Virus record (IMG/VR): IMGVR_UViG_3300045988_017232
Coordinates: 1-42,419 of that record
DNA length: 42,419 nt
DNA from: a virus
Reading direction: 5' to 3' (one strand)
A model generated the notes under the pieces. That model saw nothing but the letters and a program-made list of their open reading frames with translations. It did not search any database and had not been told where the DNA came from. Positions 1-7,157 of this stretch are shown piece after piece (the stretch's first letter is position 1; each line of letters starts with the position of its first letter). Position numbers and translations under genes: made by a program.

Positions 1-79
1 ACTTTTTTACTGTGTCGGTCACTGTGTTCATACCCGTGTATTTTCGTGCTAGGATATGCTACGTTTTGCTACCTTGCAA
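1..79. repeat. 79-nt terminal direct repeat, left copy
   Basis: ACTTTTTTACTGTGTCGGTC...GCTACCTTGCAA is base-for-base identical to 42341-42419 (compared by eye). Confidence 0.95.
9..28 (+). repeat. Two direct copies of ACTGTGT(C/T); candidate integrase arm-type sites
   Basis: ACTGTGTC at 9-16 and ACTGTGTT at 21-28. Orientation and core match three further copies at 251-287. Confidence 0.4.
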
Positions 80-138
80 TTCTCGCAAAAAGTTTTGTTC
101 AATCATAAATAATCCGTCTTTTAACTGCTATTCTACCC

Positions 139-183
139 AAAAAGATAAAAAATAAGACGCAGGAATTTAAATTCCTGCGTCTT
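139..183 (-). terminator. Rho-independent terminator just downstream of the tRNA fragment
   Basis: Perfect 30-nt palindrome AAGACGCAGGAATTT/AAATTCCTGCGTCTT (154-183). On the minus strand it is followed by ATTTTTTATCTTTTT. Confidence 0.65.
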
Positions 184-189
184 TATCTT

Positions 190-217
190 TGGTGGACCTG
201 AAGAGACTCGAACTCTG
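190..217 (-). other. tRNA 3'-end fragment (T-arm + 3' acceptor strand + CCA); candidate att core
   Basis: Minus strand reads CAGAG-TTCGAGT-CTCTT-CAGGTCC-A-CCA. No complementary 5' acceptor strand (GGACCTG), D-arm or anticodon arm lies upstream. Confidence 0.6.
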
Positions 218-250
218 AAAAAATACTGTATTTTCAATGTAAATTTGCAA

Positions 251-287
251 ACTGTGTTTATTCTGTGTCCAGTCCCTTTTCTGTGTT
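251..287 (+). repeat. Three direct copies of (A/T)CTGTGT(T/C); candidate arm-type sites
   Basis: ACTGTGTT at 251-258, TCTGTGTC at 262-269, TCTGTGTT at 280-287. Confidence 0.4.
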
Positions 288-288
288 C

Positions 289-759
289 TCAGCTCCTTGC
301 GATATGCTCATAATACGCCATGAGCTTCTGTTCCGGCCCCGGGCCGTCTTTATCGAGCAGAAAAGCTTTTGCCAGGGCGGCGTAGAATTCCGGGCGGTTG
401 AGGCCGAACTCTACGGCGACGGGGTAGTAGTCCGAGTACATCATGTTCATGGTTACGCCCCACGCCCAGCGCGGGACCACTGGCGCCTGAATGCCCATGC
501 TCTCGGCCACGGCCGTTGTCTGTTCCATCGTCCAGTGCGGGCCGGTCGAGCCGTCTGCATTCTGCATGCGCTCGGCCCACTGCATGGCCGTCTCTCGGTC
601 AAACTCTGCCGCATCCGGTTCGTCTGCGCGGCAGTCCAGCTTTTCCAGCCTGTGGATCGTCTTCGCGTACAGGCCGACTTCCTCCGCGCTGCCCAGCGTC
701 ACAGGTTTCTCCATGGCCTCGTGCAGCTTCGTGTAAAGTTTTTCGACATATTCTTTCAT
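289..759 (-). CDS. Hypothetical protein, 156 aa (cassette gene 3)
   Basis: AGGAGG lies 9 nt upstream of the ATG at 759 (MKEYVEKLY); the track start at 813 has no SD. GC3-rich codons. I cannot assign a family. Confidence 0.8.
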   Translation of the reverse strand: MKEYVEKLYTKLHEAMEKPVTLGSAEEVGLYAKTIHRLEKLDCRADEPDAAEFDRETAMQWAERMQNADGSTGPHWTMEQTTAVAESMGIQAPVVPRWAWGVTMNMMYSDYYPVAVEFGLNRPEFYAALAKAFLLDKDGPGPEQKLMAYYEHIARS

Positions 760-763
760 CGTG

Positions 764-1102
764 TCATGCCTCCTGGATATACCGGTAGAGTTTATCGACG
801 TCATTCTGATCAAACCGCATATCGCCCAGCAGCGGGACGGATACGGTCAGCTTGTTCTCAAAGCGCGGACGCGCCGCGTTATAGAGCTTGTCGAGGTCGA
901 TGTTTCCGGCGTCGTCGAAGATCTGCATCATCTTTACCGCCGGATTTTCGCGCAGCGCGAGGATCTTCTCGCGGCTGCCCTCCATGATGAGTGCAAGCAT
1001 GATCCCGGCCCCGATGCCCTTGCCGCCCGGCAGGTGCGGAATGACCTCATTGTCTGCGTAGCGCATCGCGCCGCGCATGGCCTGATCTATCGTCACTGTC
1101 AT
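764..1102 (-). CDS. Hypothetical protein, 112 aa, one hydrophobic segment (GKGIGAGIMLALIM) (cassette gene 2)
   Basis: GGAGG lies upstream of the ATG at 1102. The ORF is tightly packed against the next gene (4-nt gap). Confidence 0.75.
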   Translation of the reverse strand: MTVTIDQAMRGAMRYADNEVIPHLPGGKGIGAGIMLALIMEGSREKILALRENPAVKMMQIFDDAGNIDLDKLYNAARPRFENKLTVSVPLLGDMRFDQNDVDKLYRYIQEA

Positions 1103-1125
1103 TGCAGATTTCCTCCTTTAAGGAT

Positions 1126-1153
1126 GGGGCGGCGATTGCCGCCCCTTTTGCTT
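1126..1153 (+). terminator. GC hairpin with a T-run only on the plus strand (antisense-facing terminator or RNA hairpin)
   Basis: GGGGCGGC-gatt-GCCGCCCC (1126-1145) followed by TTTTGCTT on the plus strand. On the minus strand it sits between a stop codon and the next SD with no U-run. Confidence 0.4.
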
Positions 1154-1793
1154 AGCTGTTGCAGCACCCGCCGCACTTCGGGATCGGGTTGTAGAGCGAC
1201 TGCGCCGTGGTCGCGGTGCCCGTGGTGACGTCGGCGACCTGCTTGGGATAAAAGGTCGCGTTGACGTAGGTGACGATGGAGTTGTCACCGCAGCAGCGGC
1301 GCTCGGCCTCCATCTTGACCGCGCCAAGGGCTTCCTTGCGGACAGACTCAACGTCCTGCTTGACCAGCGCGAAGCTGTCCTCGGTGCGCTGGTTGTGGAC
1401 GGCCTGCTTGCACAGCGCCTCACGGACGTCCTTGAGCTGCCCATCGATATAACCGTACACCTCCAGCATCTTGCCGTCGTTGTACGTGTTGGCCTTGAGC
1501 AGCGCGATCTCGCTGTCCTTCGCGGCCAGCTGCTGCTCCCGTTCGAGATCGTAGCGCGTGACCGGCATGTTCTCGCTGCACGTCGGCTCCTGCTGCCGCG
1601 AAGCCAGCGCAGCGGCCAGCGCTGCCATGGCGGGCGTCGCCGCAGCCGCCGTCACTTCTGCGGCAGCCGCCCGGTTGTTCTGTCCGAGGCCGCCCAGCAG
1701 ATTGCTGAGGCCACCGTTTGCCAGTCCCAGTGCGGCACCGCCGATGCCAAAGCCCAGCGCAGTCCCCGCGAGCCCCTTGCTTGCGTATTCCAT
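1152..1793 (-). CDS. Hypothetical protein, 213 aa: N-terminal glycine-zipper, central coiled coil, Cys-cluster C-terminus (cassette gene 1)
   Basis: GGAGG lies upstream of the ATG at 1793 (MEYASKGLAGTALGFGIGGAALGLANGG). RRCCGDN and a terminal KCGGCCNS are present. The track extension to 2042 crosses a terminator. Confidence 0.8.
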   Translation of the reverse strand: MEYASKGLAGTALGFGIGGAALGLANGGLSNLLGGLGQNNRAAAAEVTAAAATPAMAALAAALASRQQEPTCSENMPVTRYDLEREQQLAAKDSEIALLKANTYNDGKMLEVYGYIDGQLKDVREALCKQAVHNQRTEDSFALVKQDVESVRKEALGAVKMEAERRCCGDNSIVTYVNATFYPKQVADVTTGTATTAQSLYNPIPKCGGCCNS

Positions 1794-1817
1794 AAAAAAA
1801 TACCTCCGAAAAGTAGT

Positions 1818-1831
1818 AAACCGGCCGGTTT
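1818..1831. promoter_or_regulatory. Perfect 14-nt palindrome AAACCGGCCGGTTT in the leader of the cassette
   Basis: Read directly. It sits about 25 nt upstream of the ATG at 1793, between the putative -10 and the SD. Confidence 0.4.
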
Positions 1832-1863
1832 CTATTCTCAGTCTACCGGCTCCGCGCTTTTTC

Positions 1864-1917
1864 TGGGGGACATCTGCGGGACACTTCCGGGGCGTTTGTG
1901 TACCATTTGCGGGACAT
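1864..1917. promoter_or_regulatory. Three phased direct repeats TG(C/G)GGGACA(C/T); candidate transcription-factor sites
   Basis: TGGGGGACAT at 1864-1873, TGCGGGACAC at 1875-1884, TGCGGGACAT at 1908-1917. Offsets are 11 and 33 nt. They lie between the terminator and the cassette. Confidence 0.45.
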
Positions 1918-1956
1918 AGAAAAAGCACCCCGTGGGATGATCCCACGGGGTGCTTT
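1918..1956 (-). terminator. Strong rho-independent terminator closing the late/lysis operon
   Basis: 16-bp perfect stem AAAGCACCCCGTGGGA/TCCCACGGGGTGCTTT (1922-1956), 3-nt loop, U-run on the minus strand. Confidence 0.85.
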
Positions 1957-1959
1957 GCG

Positions 1960-2193
1960 TTATGTTCCTGCCAGACGGCGGGCGGTATTGTAGATGTGCG
2001 GCAGGCGGCGGGAGATGGTTTTGCGGTCAATGCCGATTTCACCGGCCGCGTCCAGCTGCGGGAGCCTGCGCACGATATAAAGCTTCACGATCTGCTGATC
2101 GATCACGTCCAAAAGTCCCTCGTCGGTGACGCGCTCCCAGTCGCTGCGCGTGAGGTGTTCCAGCTCCTTCGGCAGAGCCAGCCGCGCAGTTAT
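1960..2193 (-). CDS. Small HTH protein resembling sigma-70 region 4; start codon non-canonical or lost
   Basis: The 77-codon frame ends in TAA at 1960-1962 and is not in the ORF track. It contains ...IVKLYIVRRLPQLDAAGEIGIDRKTISRRLPHIYNTARRL. GAAGGGAG lies 9 nt upstream of ATA at 2193. The only canonical in-frame options are TTG and GTG (2106), giving about 48-50 aa. Confidence 0.4.
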   Translation of the reverse strand: MTARLALPKELEHLTRSDWERVTDEGLLDVIDQQIVKLYIVRRLPQLDAAGEIGIDRKTISRRLPHIYNTARRLAGT

Positions 2194-2231
2194 TTGCTGT
2201 CACTCCCTTCGGCCCGCTGTCCTGGCAGGTT

Positions 2232-2930
2232 TTATCTCATGGCAGCAGCCAGTTTTTTCAGGAGATCATCGCCGTACTTGTAGTCGGCGAGATATTTGAT
2301 CGTGTTGTCCGCAAGTCCGGCCTTTGCCTTGATGGTCTTCTTGGCGTCCTCGACGGCCTTATCGACGGTTTCCGTGTCGTAGTCCACCCACGGGAGCTTC
2401 CCGTGTTTCTGCCACTTGCGGGCGTTGTACCCGCTCTTGGGGCCGATGTTCAGGACGGCAGTGATCTGTACGCCGTTCTTCCATGCGGGGGTACACTCTA
2501 CCGCGAGGCCGTCGCCGATGTACATACCCCAATGGCCCGGCATCCACAGCCCTTCGCCCGGGACGAGTTTGTCCCAGCCGGTCGTAGCCACGTCCTTGCA
2601 CTTGGCGATCATGCCGTCGGCGGATACGTCCGGGACGGTGTTGCCGGCGTAGCGTGCGCCTCCGTGGTAAGCATTCTTGTTGCCGTTCCAGCCCCACAGA
2701 ATGCCCTTCGTGAGGTTCACGCAGTCAAAGCCAAAGTAGCCCTTGCCGATCAGATTGCGGAGGCTTGCCTGCTTCGCCGCGCCGTACCAGTCCGGGTACT
2801 GGTTCGCCTTTTCCGTGATAATGCCGTTCGTGACGGGAGAGCCGAAGCAGCCCCACATATACACGGTCTTGTAATTCTTCGCGGCGTCAATATGCCGCCT
2901 GACGAGTTCGGAGGCTTTCATGATGCTCAT
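2232..2930 (-). CDS. Endolysin, NlpC/P60-like cysteine peptidase
   Basis: Cys motif GFDCVNLTKG and His motif GHWGMYIGDG. ATGA overlap with the holin stop. Sits at the end of the lysis cassette. Confidence 0.7.
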   Translation of the reverse strand: MSIMKASELVRRHIDAAKNYKTVYMWGCFGSPVTNGIITEKANQYPDWYGAAKQASLRNLIGKGYFGFDCVNLTKGILWGWNGNKNAYHGGARYAGNTVPDVSADGMIAKCKDVATTGWDKLVPGEGLWMPGHWGMYIGDGLAVECTPAWKNGVQITAVLNIGPKSGYNARKWQKHGKLPWVDYDTETVDKAVEDAKKTIKAKAGLADNTIKYLADYKYGDDLLKKLAAAMR

Positions 2931-3145
2931 TTCTGCGCATCCTCCTTCGCGGCGTTGTCAATCGCGTCCTGCGCTTTCTGGCTCTGTGTGCCAAAGTAAA
3001 ACGCGATCACGACGGTATACACCATCATAAAGTCCTGCGAGATCTTCCCGGCGACTGCCATGTACGCAAATACCGCCGTCAGCACCAGCGTGACGATGGA
3101 TTTGACGCTCAGCAGATTGCCAAGCCGCTTCTTGATGTTCTCCAT
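2927..3145 (-). CDS. Holin (72 aa, two TM helices, charged C-tail)
   Basis: Hydrophobic segments SIVTLVLTAVFAYMAVAG and MMVYTVVIAFYFG, with a polar tail. Translationally coupled to the endolysin. Confidence 0.75.
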   Translation of the reverse strand: MENIKKRLGNLLSVKSIVTLVLTAVFAYMAVAGKISQDFMMVYTVVIAFYFGTQSQKAQDAIDNAAKEDAQK

Positions 3146-3147
3146 AA

Positions 3148-3417
3148 TCAGCCCTCCACCTTGATTGCGCGGTTCTCGAACTTTTTGTAAGCGTCGAGAT
3201 AGATTTCCTGCTTGTCGCCGTTGAGCGTCAGTTCATAGTACATGCCGTCGAACAGCGTCGTGGAAGCTAGCGCTTTCCAATTCTTCAACGTTTTGCAGTA
3301 CCACACGACGTAAACGTCATCAGGGCTGATCTGCTTTCCGTCGCTCTTGTCTAAGTGTTCGTTGGTGTAATCAGTCACCAGCTTTTTCACAAGCTCAAAA
3401 AACTTCTTTTCTGTCAT
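3148..3417 (-). CDS. Small conserved phage protein, function unknown (89 aa)
   Basis: Clean ORF with SD GAAAGGGG. A ...YYELTLNGDKQEIYLDAYKK-type sequence is common just upstream of holins in Firmicutes phages (from memory). Confidence 0.75.
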   Translation of the reverse strand: MTEKKFFELVKKLVTDYTNEHLDKSDGKQISPDDVYVVWYCKTLKNWKALASTTLFDGMYYELTLNGDKQEIYLDAYKKFENRAIKVEG

Positions 3418-3433
3418 TTTGTATGTACCCCTT

Positions 3434-3673
3434 TCATTCTACCGGATCATTTTTCTTTGCGAATACGCGCTTGAAGGCCAGCAGCAGGAGCTCCCCGCCA
3501 AAGGCCGCAGCGGCGAAGGTGAGCACGGCGGTCAGATCGATTTCGAGCGAAAACAGCACGGCGATTGTCTCCAGCGCGACGGCCCAGATCAGCGTCAGCG
3601 TTAGGGCCTTGATGCAGTACACGACGATCGTGCGCGACATTTCGCCCTTGCTCCACTTTCCTTTTGTGCTCAT
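3434..3673 (-). CDS. Small membrane protein, 2 TM (79 aa); holin-accessory candidate
   Basis: The ATG at 3673 (MSTKGKW) lies 1 nt after the xhlA-like stop. TM segments IVVYCIKALTLTLIWAVAL and LTAVLTFAAAAFGGELLLLAF. Confidence 0.7.
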   Translation of the reverse strand: MSTKGKWSKGEMSRTIVVYCIKALTLTLIWAVALETIAVLFSLEIDLTAVLTFAAAAFGGELLLLAFKRVFAKKNDPVE

Positions 3674-3674
3674 A

Positions 3675-3965
3675 TCATCCCAGTCCCGCATGGGCCAGCG
3701 CCCAGCCGACGAGGCCCGCGACAATGGCCGTCACGACCGCCGCGACGATGGCGTCCCAGCGTTTGCCGGGCTTCTCCGTCAGGGCCTTAACGTCGGTCTT
3801 GATCTCCCGGACGTCGGATTCGACGTTCTCCTGCTTGGTCGCCAGCACCTTGACGCTGGCTGTGAGTTCTGTGAGGTTTTTGAGGTCGGACTGCATTTCG
3901 TCAATGCGGTGCGAGTTGCTTTTCGCCCGCTGCTCCACCTCGGTCACGCGCTCTTCTGTTGTCAT
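3675..3965 (-). CDS. xhlA: XhlA-like protein (coiled coil + C-terminal TM)
   Basis: N-terminal heptad-rich region and a C-terminal TM (AIVAAVVTAIVAGLVGWALA). SD GAAGGGAG. Sits ahead of the holin, as in PBSX-type lysis cassettes. Confidence 0.65.
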   Translation of the reverse strand: MTTEERVTEVEQRAKSNSHRIDEMQSDLKNLTELTASVKVLATKQENVESDVREIKTDVKALTEKPGKRWDAIVAAVVTAIVAGLVGWALAHAGLG

Positions 3966-4011
3966 TGGTTTTCTCCCTTCTGTTTGTTTTATAAATAATA
4001 CGATCTCCTCC

Positions 4012-5010
4012 TTAAAAGCAGAATGCGAAACTCACGCCGTACAGATTTGTAATATCGCCGCCGTTTGTGCCGCCCTGCTGTCCGACAAAGCCGAAGCCGC
4101 CTGCGCCTGCAAAGTTCTGTGACCGCTGCCACCACGTCGCGGCAGCGCCGTTCATCGTCTTCACCTTTTCTCCGCCAGACATATTACCATTCGCATAATA
4201 GCTGTACTGCGTTCCCTCGCCTGCAGCGGATACGACCCGGCTGCCGAAAATCTCAATTTCCGAGAGCAGAAACAGTTTGTCCGCCGAGGTTACAATAGAA
4301 GATGCTGTTGCTGCGTTCTTCTTGCTGACCTCTCGGATGCCGTTTTTAACGCTTTCCGGCATAAGCGCCAGAATGGACGGCAGATACTCTGTCCGCATTT
4401 TACTGCTCTTCCAGCCACCTACGACCGTTTCTGTGTCATTCATGCCGTACCCCGTACCGTAGCAGTCATGTAACTGGAACGTCAGCGGAGCCTTGCCTGA
4501 GCCGTCGTAATAGTCGTCATGACTCTTTCCGATGATATCAACTTGATAGTCTGTACCACCGATCGTCATGGGCATGCTGTCGCCTACGACCCATGTGGAG
4601 GGCACGGTTCCTCTGCGGCAGGCCGTTACAACGCCCGCCCAGGAGTTGTTTGCAAAAACCGGATCGACCGAAAACAGCGACATGCTCTGCGTTCCGATCA
4701 CGATGCTCTGCGTGTCGCTCAGTCCGTTTGCTGTTGACGTTACGCTCCATTCTCCCGCCTCCGGGATTTCCAGCGTGCATGTTCCGTCTGTTCCGGCAGT
4801 TCCGCTGACTGTTTTTGAGCCTTTTATCGCTGTGACAGCCGCCCCCGCAGAGGTGGTCACGACCAACTTCGGCGTGACGCCGGTCTGAATTGCCTGAATC
4901 GCGGAAACGAACCCTGCCGGATAGACCAGCTGCGCGGACGTGCCGCCTTTGGTGCGGATCGCGTCGGCAACTGCAGTCAGATTATCCGTGTCCGTCATAC
5001 ATCGTGACAT
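4012..5010 (-). CDS. Distal tail fibre / receptor-binding candidate with a DUF6273-like domain (332 aa)
   Basis: GGAGGG lies 8 nt upstream of the ATG at 5010, which overlaps the previous stop by 1 nt. Motifs: DYQVDIIGKSHDD, GGWKSSKMR, DKLFLLSEIEIFG, TWWQRS, terminal FAFCF. Confidence 0.65.
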   Translation of the reverse strand: MSRCMTDTDNLTAVADAIRTKGGTSAQLVYPAGFVSAIQAIQTGVTPKLVVTTSAGAAVTAIKGSKTVSGTAGTDGTCTLEIPEAGEWSVTSTANGLSDTQSIVIGTQSMSLFSVDPVFANNSWAGVVTACRRGTVPSTWVVGDSMPMTIGGTDYQVDIIGKSHDDYYDGSGKAPLTFQLHDCYGTGYGMNDTETVVGGWKSSKMRTEYLPSILALMPESVKNGIREVSKKNAATASSIVTSADKLFLLSEIEIFGSRVVSAAGEGTQYSYYANGNMSGGEKVKTMNGAAATWWQRSQNFAGAGGFGFVGQQGGTNGGDITNLYGVSFAFCF

Positions 5011-6704
5011 CAGTAAGACCCTCCTTCCGCATCCGGCACCGTGACGGCGCTCCACGCCCCGTTCGCAACGCACATAAACTTTCCATTATCGGCCGCTGTG
5101 ACGCTCGGCAGGAATTTCTCGCTGCCGGATAGCGTATACCGTGCACCCCAGTAGCCTTCTGCATTGCCATCCGAGTCAATATGGACGTAACAAATCATCA
5201 ATTCTTCCGGTGCGTCGCCCTGTACCATCTTTGTTAGAGCGAAATCGACATACCCAAACGCTTCATCCACTTCCGCAAGCGGAAGAAGCAGGAGGTTCGT
5301 ATTGTATGCCCCAAAGAGTTTCACTCTTGCATAACACGCTTTCCCAGCCTTATAAGCTGCAAGGATTTCGTCATATGTCTTGGTGTGCGTGACGCTTTGA
5401 TCATAAGTGTCCTTGGCGTGAATACCGCAGCCGACATAGAACAACTCCGAACCCGGTCCAGCTTCTCCTGCAGGTCCTTTGATGTTTACACTAGTTGGAT
5501 TCGGTTTTCCATCATCGTTCGACCAACTAAGAATGCCATCTGCGGATACTGAGGGCGTAAAGGTCGTGCCGTCCTGTCCCGGAGCGCCGTCTGCACCTGC
5601 CGGACCCTGTGCGCCGTCCTGACCGTCCGTACCGTCCCGTCCCGGCGTTCCGTCCGCGCCGGGCTCGCCCTTGTCGCCTTTTTCGCCTTTGTCTCCCTTT
5701 TCTCCTTTTTCGCCGCGCGAAGGCTTTCCCGTGTCAGTCGTCCCGAGATACCAGTTTCCGTTTTCGCCGATGCTCGGGGTTATGCCGTCCGTTCCGCTTG
5801 CGCCCGCCGGGCCGGTGTCGCCCGGTTCGCCCTTCGGCCCCTGTTCGCCCGGATCTCCCTTGTCGCCCTTTGCGCCCTGCAGCGGTCCGTTGTTGACCCA
5901 CGCCTTCGTCACGCCGTCGTAGATGTAAATGTCATACGGTGCAGCCGCGCCCACGCCGTAGGCGTCTCCGACCTCCGGATTCTTGACTGACGCCTGCAGC
6001 GCGGAGACCGAGCCGTAATAGCCCTTGACCGTAAAGCCCGTTCCCGTATCGCCCTTCGGGCCGGTCGGGCCTGCCGGGCCCTGCGGGCCGGTCTTCCCCT
6101 GCGGGCCGGTTTCTCCCTGCGGGCCAGTCGCGCCCGTGTCGCCCTTCTCGCCTTTCTCTCCCTTTTCGCCGGGTTCCCCCTTCGGGCCAGTGTCGCCGGT
6201 CGCGCCCTTCGGGCCTTCCGCGCCGATCGCGCCGGTGTCGCCCTTCGGCCCCTGCTCGCCCTGCGGGCCTGTCTCGCCCTTTGGCCCCTGCGAGCCGGGC
6301 TCCCCCTTCGGGCCCTGTGCGCCGGTGTCACCCTTCGCGCCCGTGTCGCCCTTCTCGCCCTTGACGGTCTCGACGTCAAAATCAAATTCCTTGCCGTCCG
6401 ACAGCGTCATCGTGTATGTCGCCGTCGTCCCGCTCTGCGATTTCTTCGTGAGCGACACAACGCTCGCGCCTGCCGCTCCGGTGTCGCCCTTCGCGCCCTG
6501 CGGCCCTGTCTGCCCCTGCGGGCCGGTCGCGCCGGTCTCACCCTTCGGCCCCTGCGGGCCCATGACCGAGCCAAGATCGATCGTGCTGCCGTCCGTCAGC
6601 GTGAAAATCAGCTTCCCCGCGTCCGTGACCTCCACGGCCTTCACCCCGCGGGAGATCAGCCCTCCGATCGTCACCGTGATCTGATTCGGAATCTCTACCC
6701 TCAT
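5010..6704 (-). CDS. Collagen-like tail fibre (564 aa)
   Basis: Four Gly-X-Y blocks, GENGNWYLG and YDIYIYDG motifs, and a non-repetitive C-terminal domain. Confidence 0.85.
   Translation of the reverse strand: MRVEIPNQITVTIGGLISRGVKAVEVTDAGKLIFTLTDGSTIDLGSVMGPQGPKGETGATGPQGQTGPQGAKGDTGAAGASVVSLTKKSQSGTTATYTMTLSDGKEFDFDVETVKGEKGDTGAKGDTGAQGPKGEPGSQGPKGETGPQGEQGPKGDTGAIGAEGPKGATGDTGPKGEPGEKGEKGEKGDTGATGPQGETGPQGKTGPQGPAGPTGPKGDTGTGFTVKGYYGSVSALQASVKNPEVGDAYGVGAAAPYDIYIYDGVTKAWVNNGPLQGAKGDKGDPGEQGPKGEPGDTGPAGASGTDGITPSIGENGNWYLGTTDTGKPSRGEKGEKGDKGEKGDKGEPGADGTPGRDGTDGQDGAQGPAGADGAPGQDGTTFTPSVSADGILSWSNDDGKPNPTSVNIKGPAGEAGPGSELFYVGCGIHAKDTYDQSVTHTKTYDEILAAYKAGKACYARVKLFGAYNTNLLLLPLAEVDEAFGYVDFALTKMVQGDAPEELMICYVHIDSDGNAEGYWGARYTLSGSEKFLPSVTAADNGKFMCVANGAWSAVTVPDAEGGSY
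5571..6560 (-). repeat. Gly-X-Y collagen-type coding repeats (blocks at aa 49-79, 116-221, 273-306, 331-378)
   Basis: 9-nt periodic GGN-NNN-NNN pattern in the translated frame. It also generates Pro/Arg-rich phantom ORFs on other frames. Confidence 0.9.
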
Positions 6705-6713
6705 ACCTGCTCC

Positions 6714-7064
6714 TTACTCCACGAACGCCCGGTTCCTGCTCGCCAGCGTCGTCTTGTCGCCGTGCGTGTACCGGATATCGTAGGTGTACTTTCCCTTCGT
6801 GAATTTTGCCGTGACCGTCGCGTCGAAGTTCAGCGTGACCTGGTCATTCTCCACCTTCGCAAAGCTGAACGTGTGGACGGTCTGCCGCGTATCGTCCAGA
6901 AACACGATCGCCATGCTGTCCGTCGTCCCGATCGTGACGGCCTCGCCGTCCTGGTCCTTCAGGTCGAACCGCAGCACGATCGAGAATGTGTCTCCCTCGT
7001 ACCACCGCAGTACCCCTTTGTCGATCCTCGGGCTCGGATAAGCCCCCGGAATTGGCGTCGCCAT
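6714..7064 (-). CDS. Small beta-rich virion protein (116 aa), possibly an Ig-like fibre/baseplate adaptor
   Basis: AAGGAGGG lies 7 nt upstream of the ATG at 7064 (MATPIPGAY). Alternating beta-strand-like pattern. Sits directly ahead of the fibre gene. Confidence 0.7.
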   Translation of the reverse strand: MATPIPGAYPSPRIDKGVLRWYEGDTFSIVLRFDLKDQDGEAVTIGTTDSMAIVFLDDTRQTVHTFSFAKVENDQVTLNFDATVTAKFTKGKYTYDIRYTHGDKTTLASRNRAFVE

Positions 7065-7123
7065 ACCGCATCCCTCCTTTTCATCCAGTGTAGCAGACCC
7101 CCGCGCCGGATTCACCCCACGCG

Positions 7124-7150
7124 CAGCAAAGCCGGGGCTTTCGCCCCGGC
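7124..7150 (-). terminator. Weak intrinsic terminator/attenuator after the giant gene
   Basis: GCCGGGGC-gaaa-GCCCCGGC followed by TTTGCTG on the minus strand. Confidence 0.5.
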
Positions 7151-7157
7151 CCGCTCG

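Noticed and set aside
190-290. Possibility of a complete tRNA gene on the minus strand
   Set aside because: Only the T-arm, 3' acceptor strand and CCA are present. The 70 nt upstream on that strand contain no GGACCTG acceptor partner, D-arm or anticodon stem.
2927-3965. Three small membrane proteins ahead of the endolysin as something unusual
   Set aside because: XhlA-like + small TM protein + holin + endolysin is a standard PBSX/SPP1-type lysis cassette layout in Firmicutes phages. Nothing in the sequences departs from that.
5609-6684. Pro/Arg/Ser-rich ORFs on other frames of the collagen-like region, and its periodic repeats
   Set aside because: These are frame-shifted or antisense readings of the 9-nt Gly-X-Y periodicity. 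The periodic repeats are coding repeats, not a CRISPR array or satellite: there are no unique spacers and the period is 9 nt.
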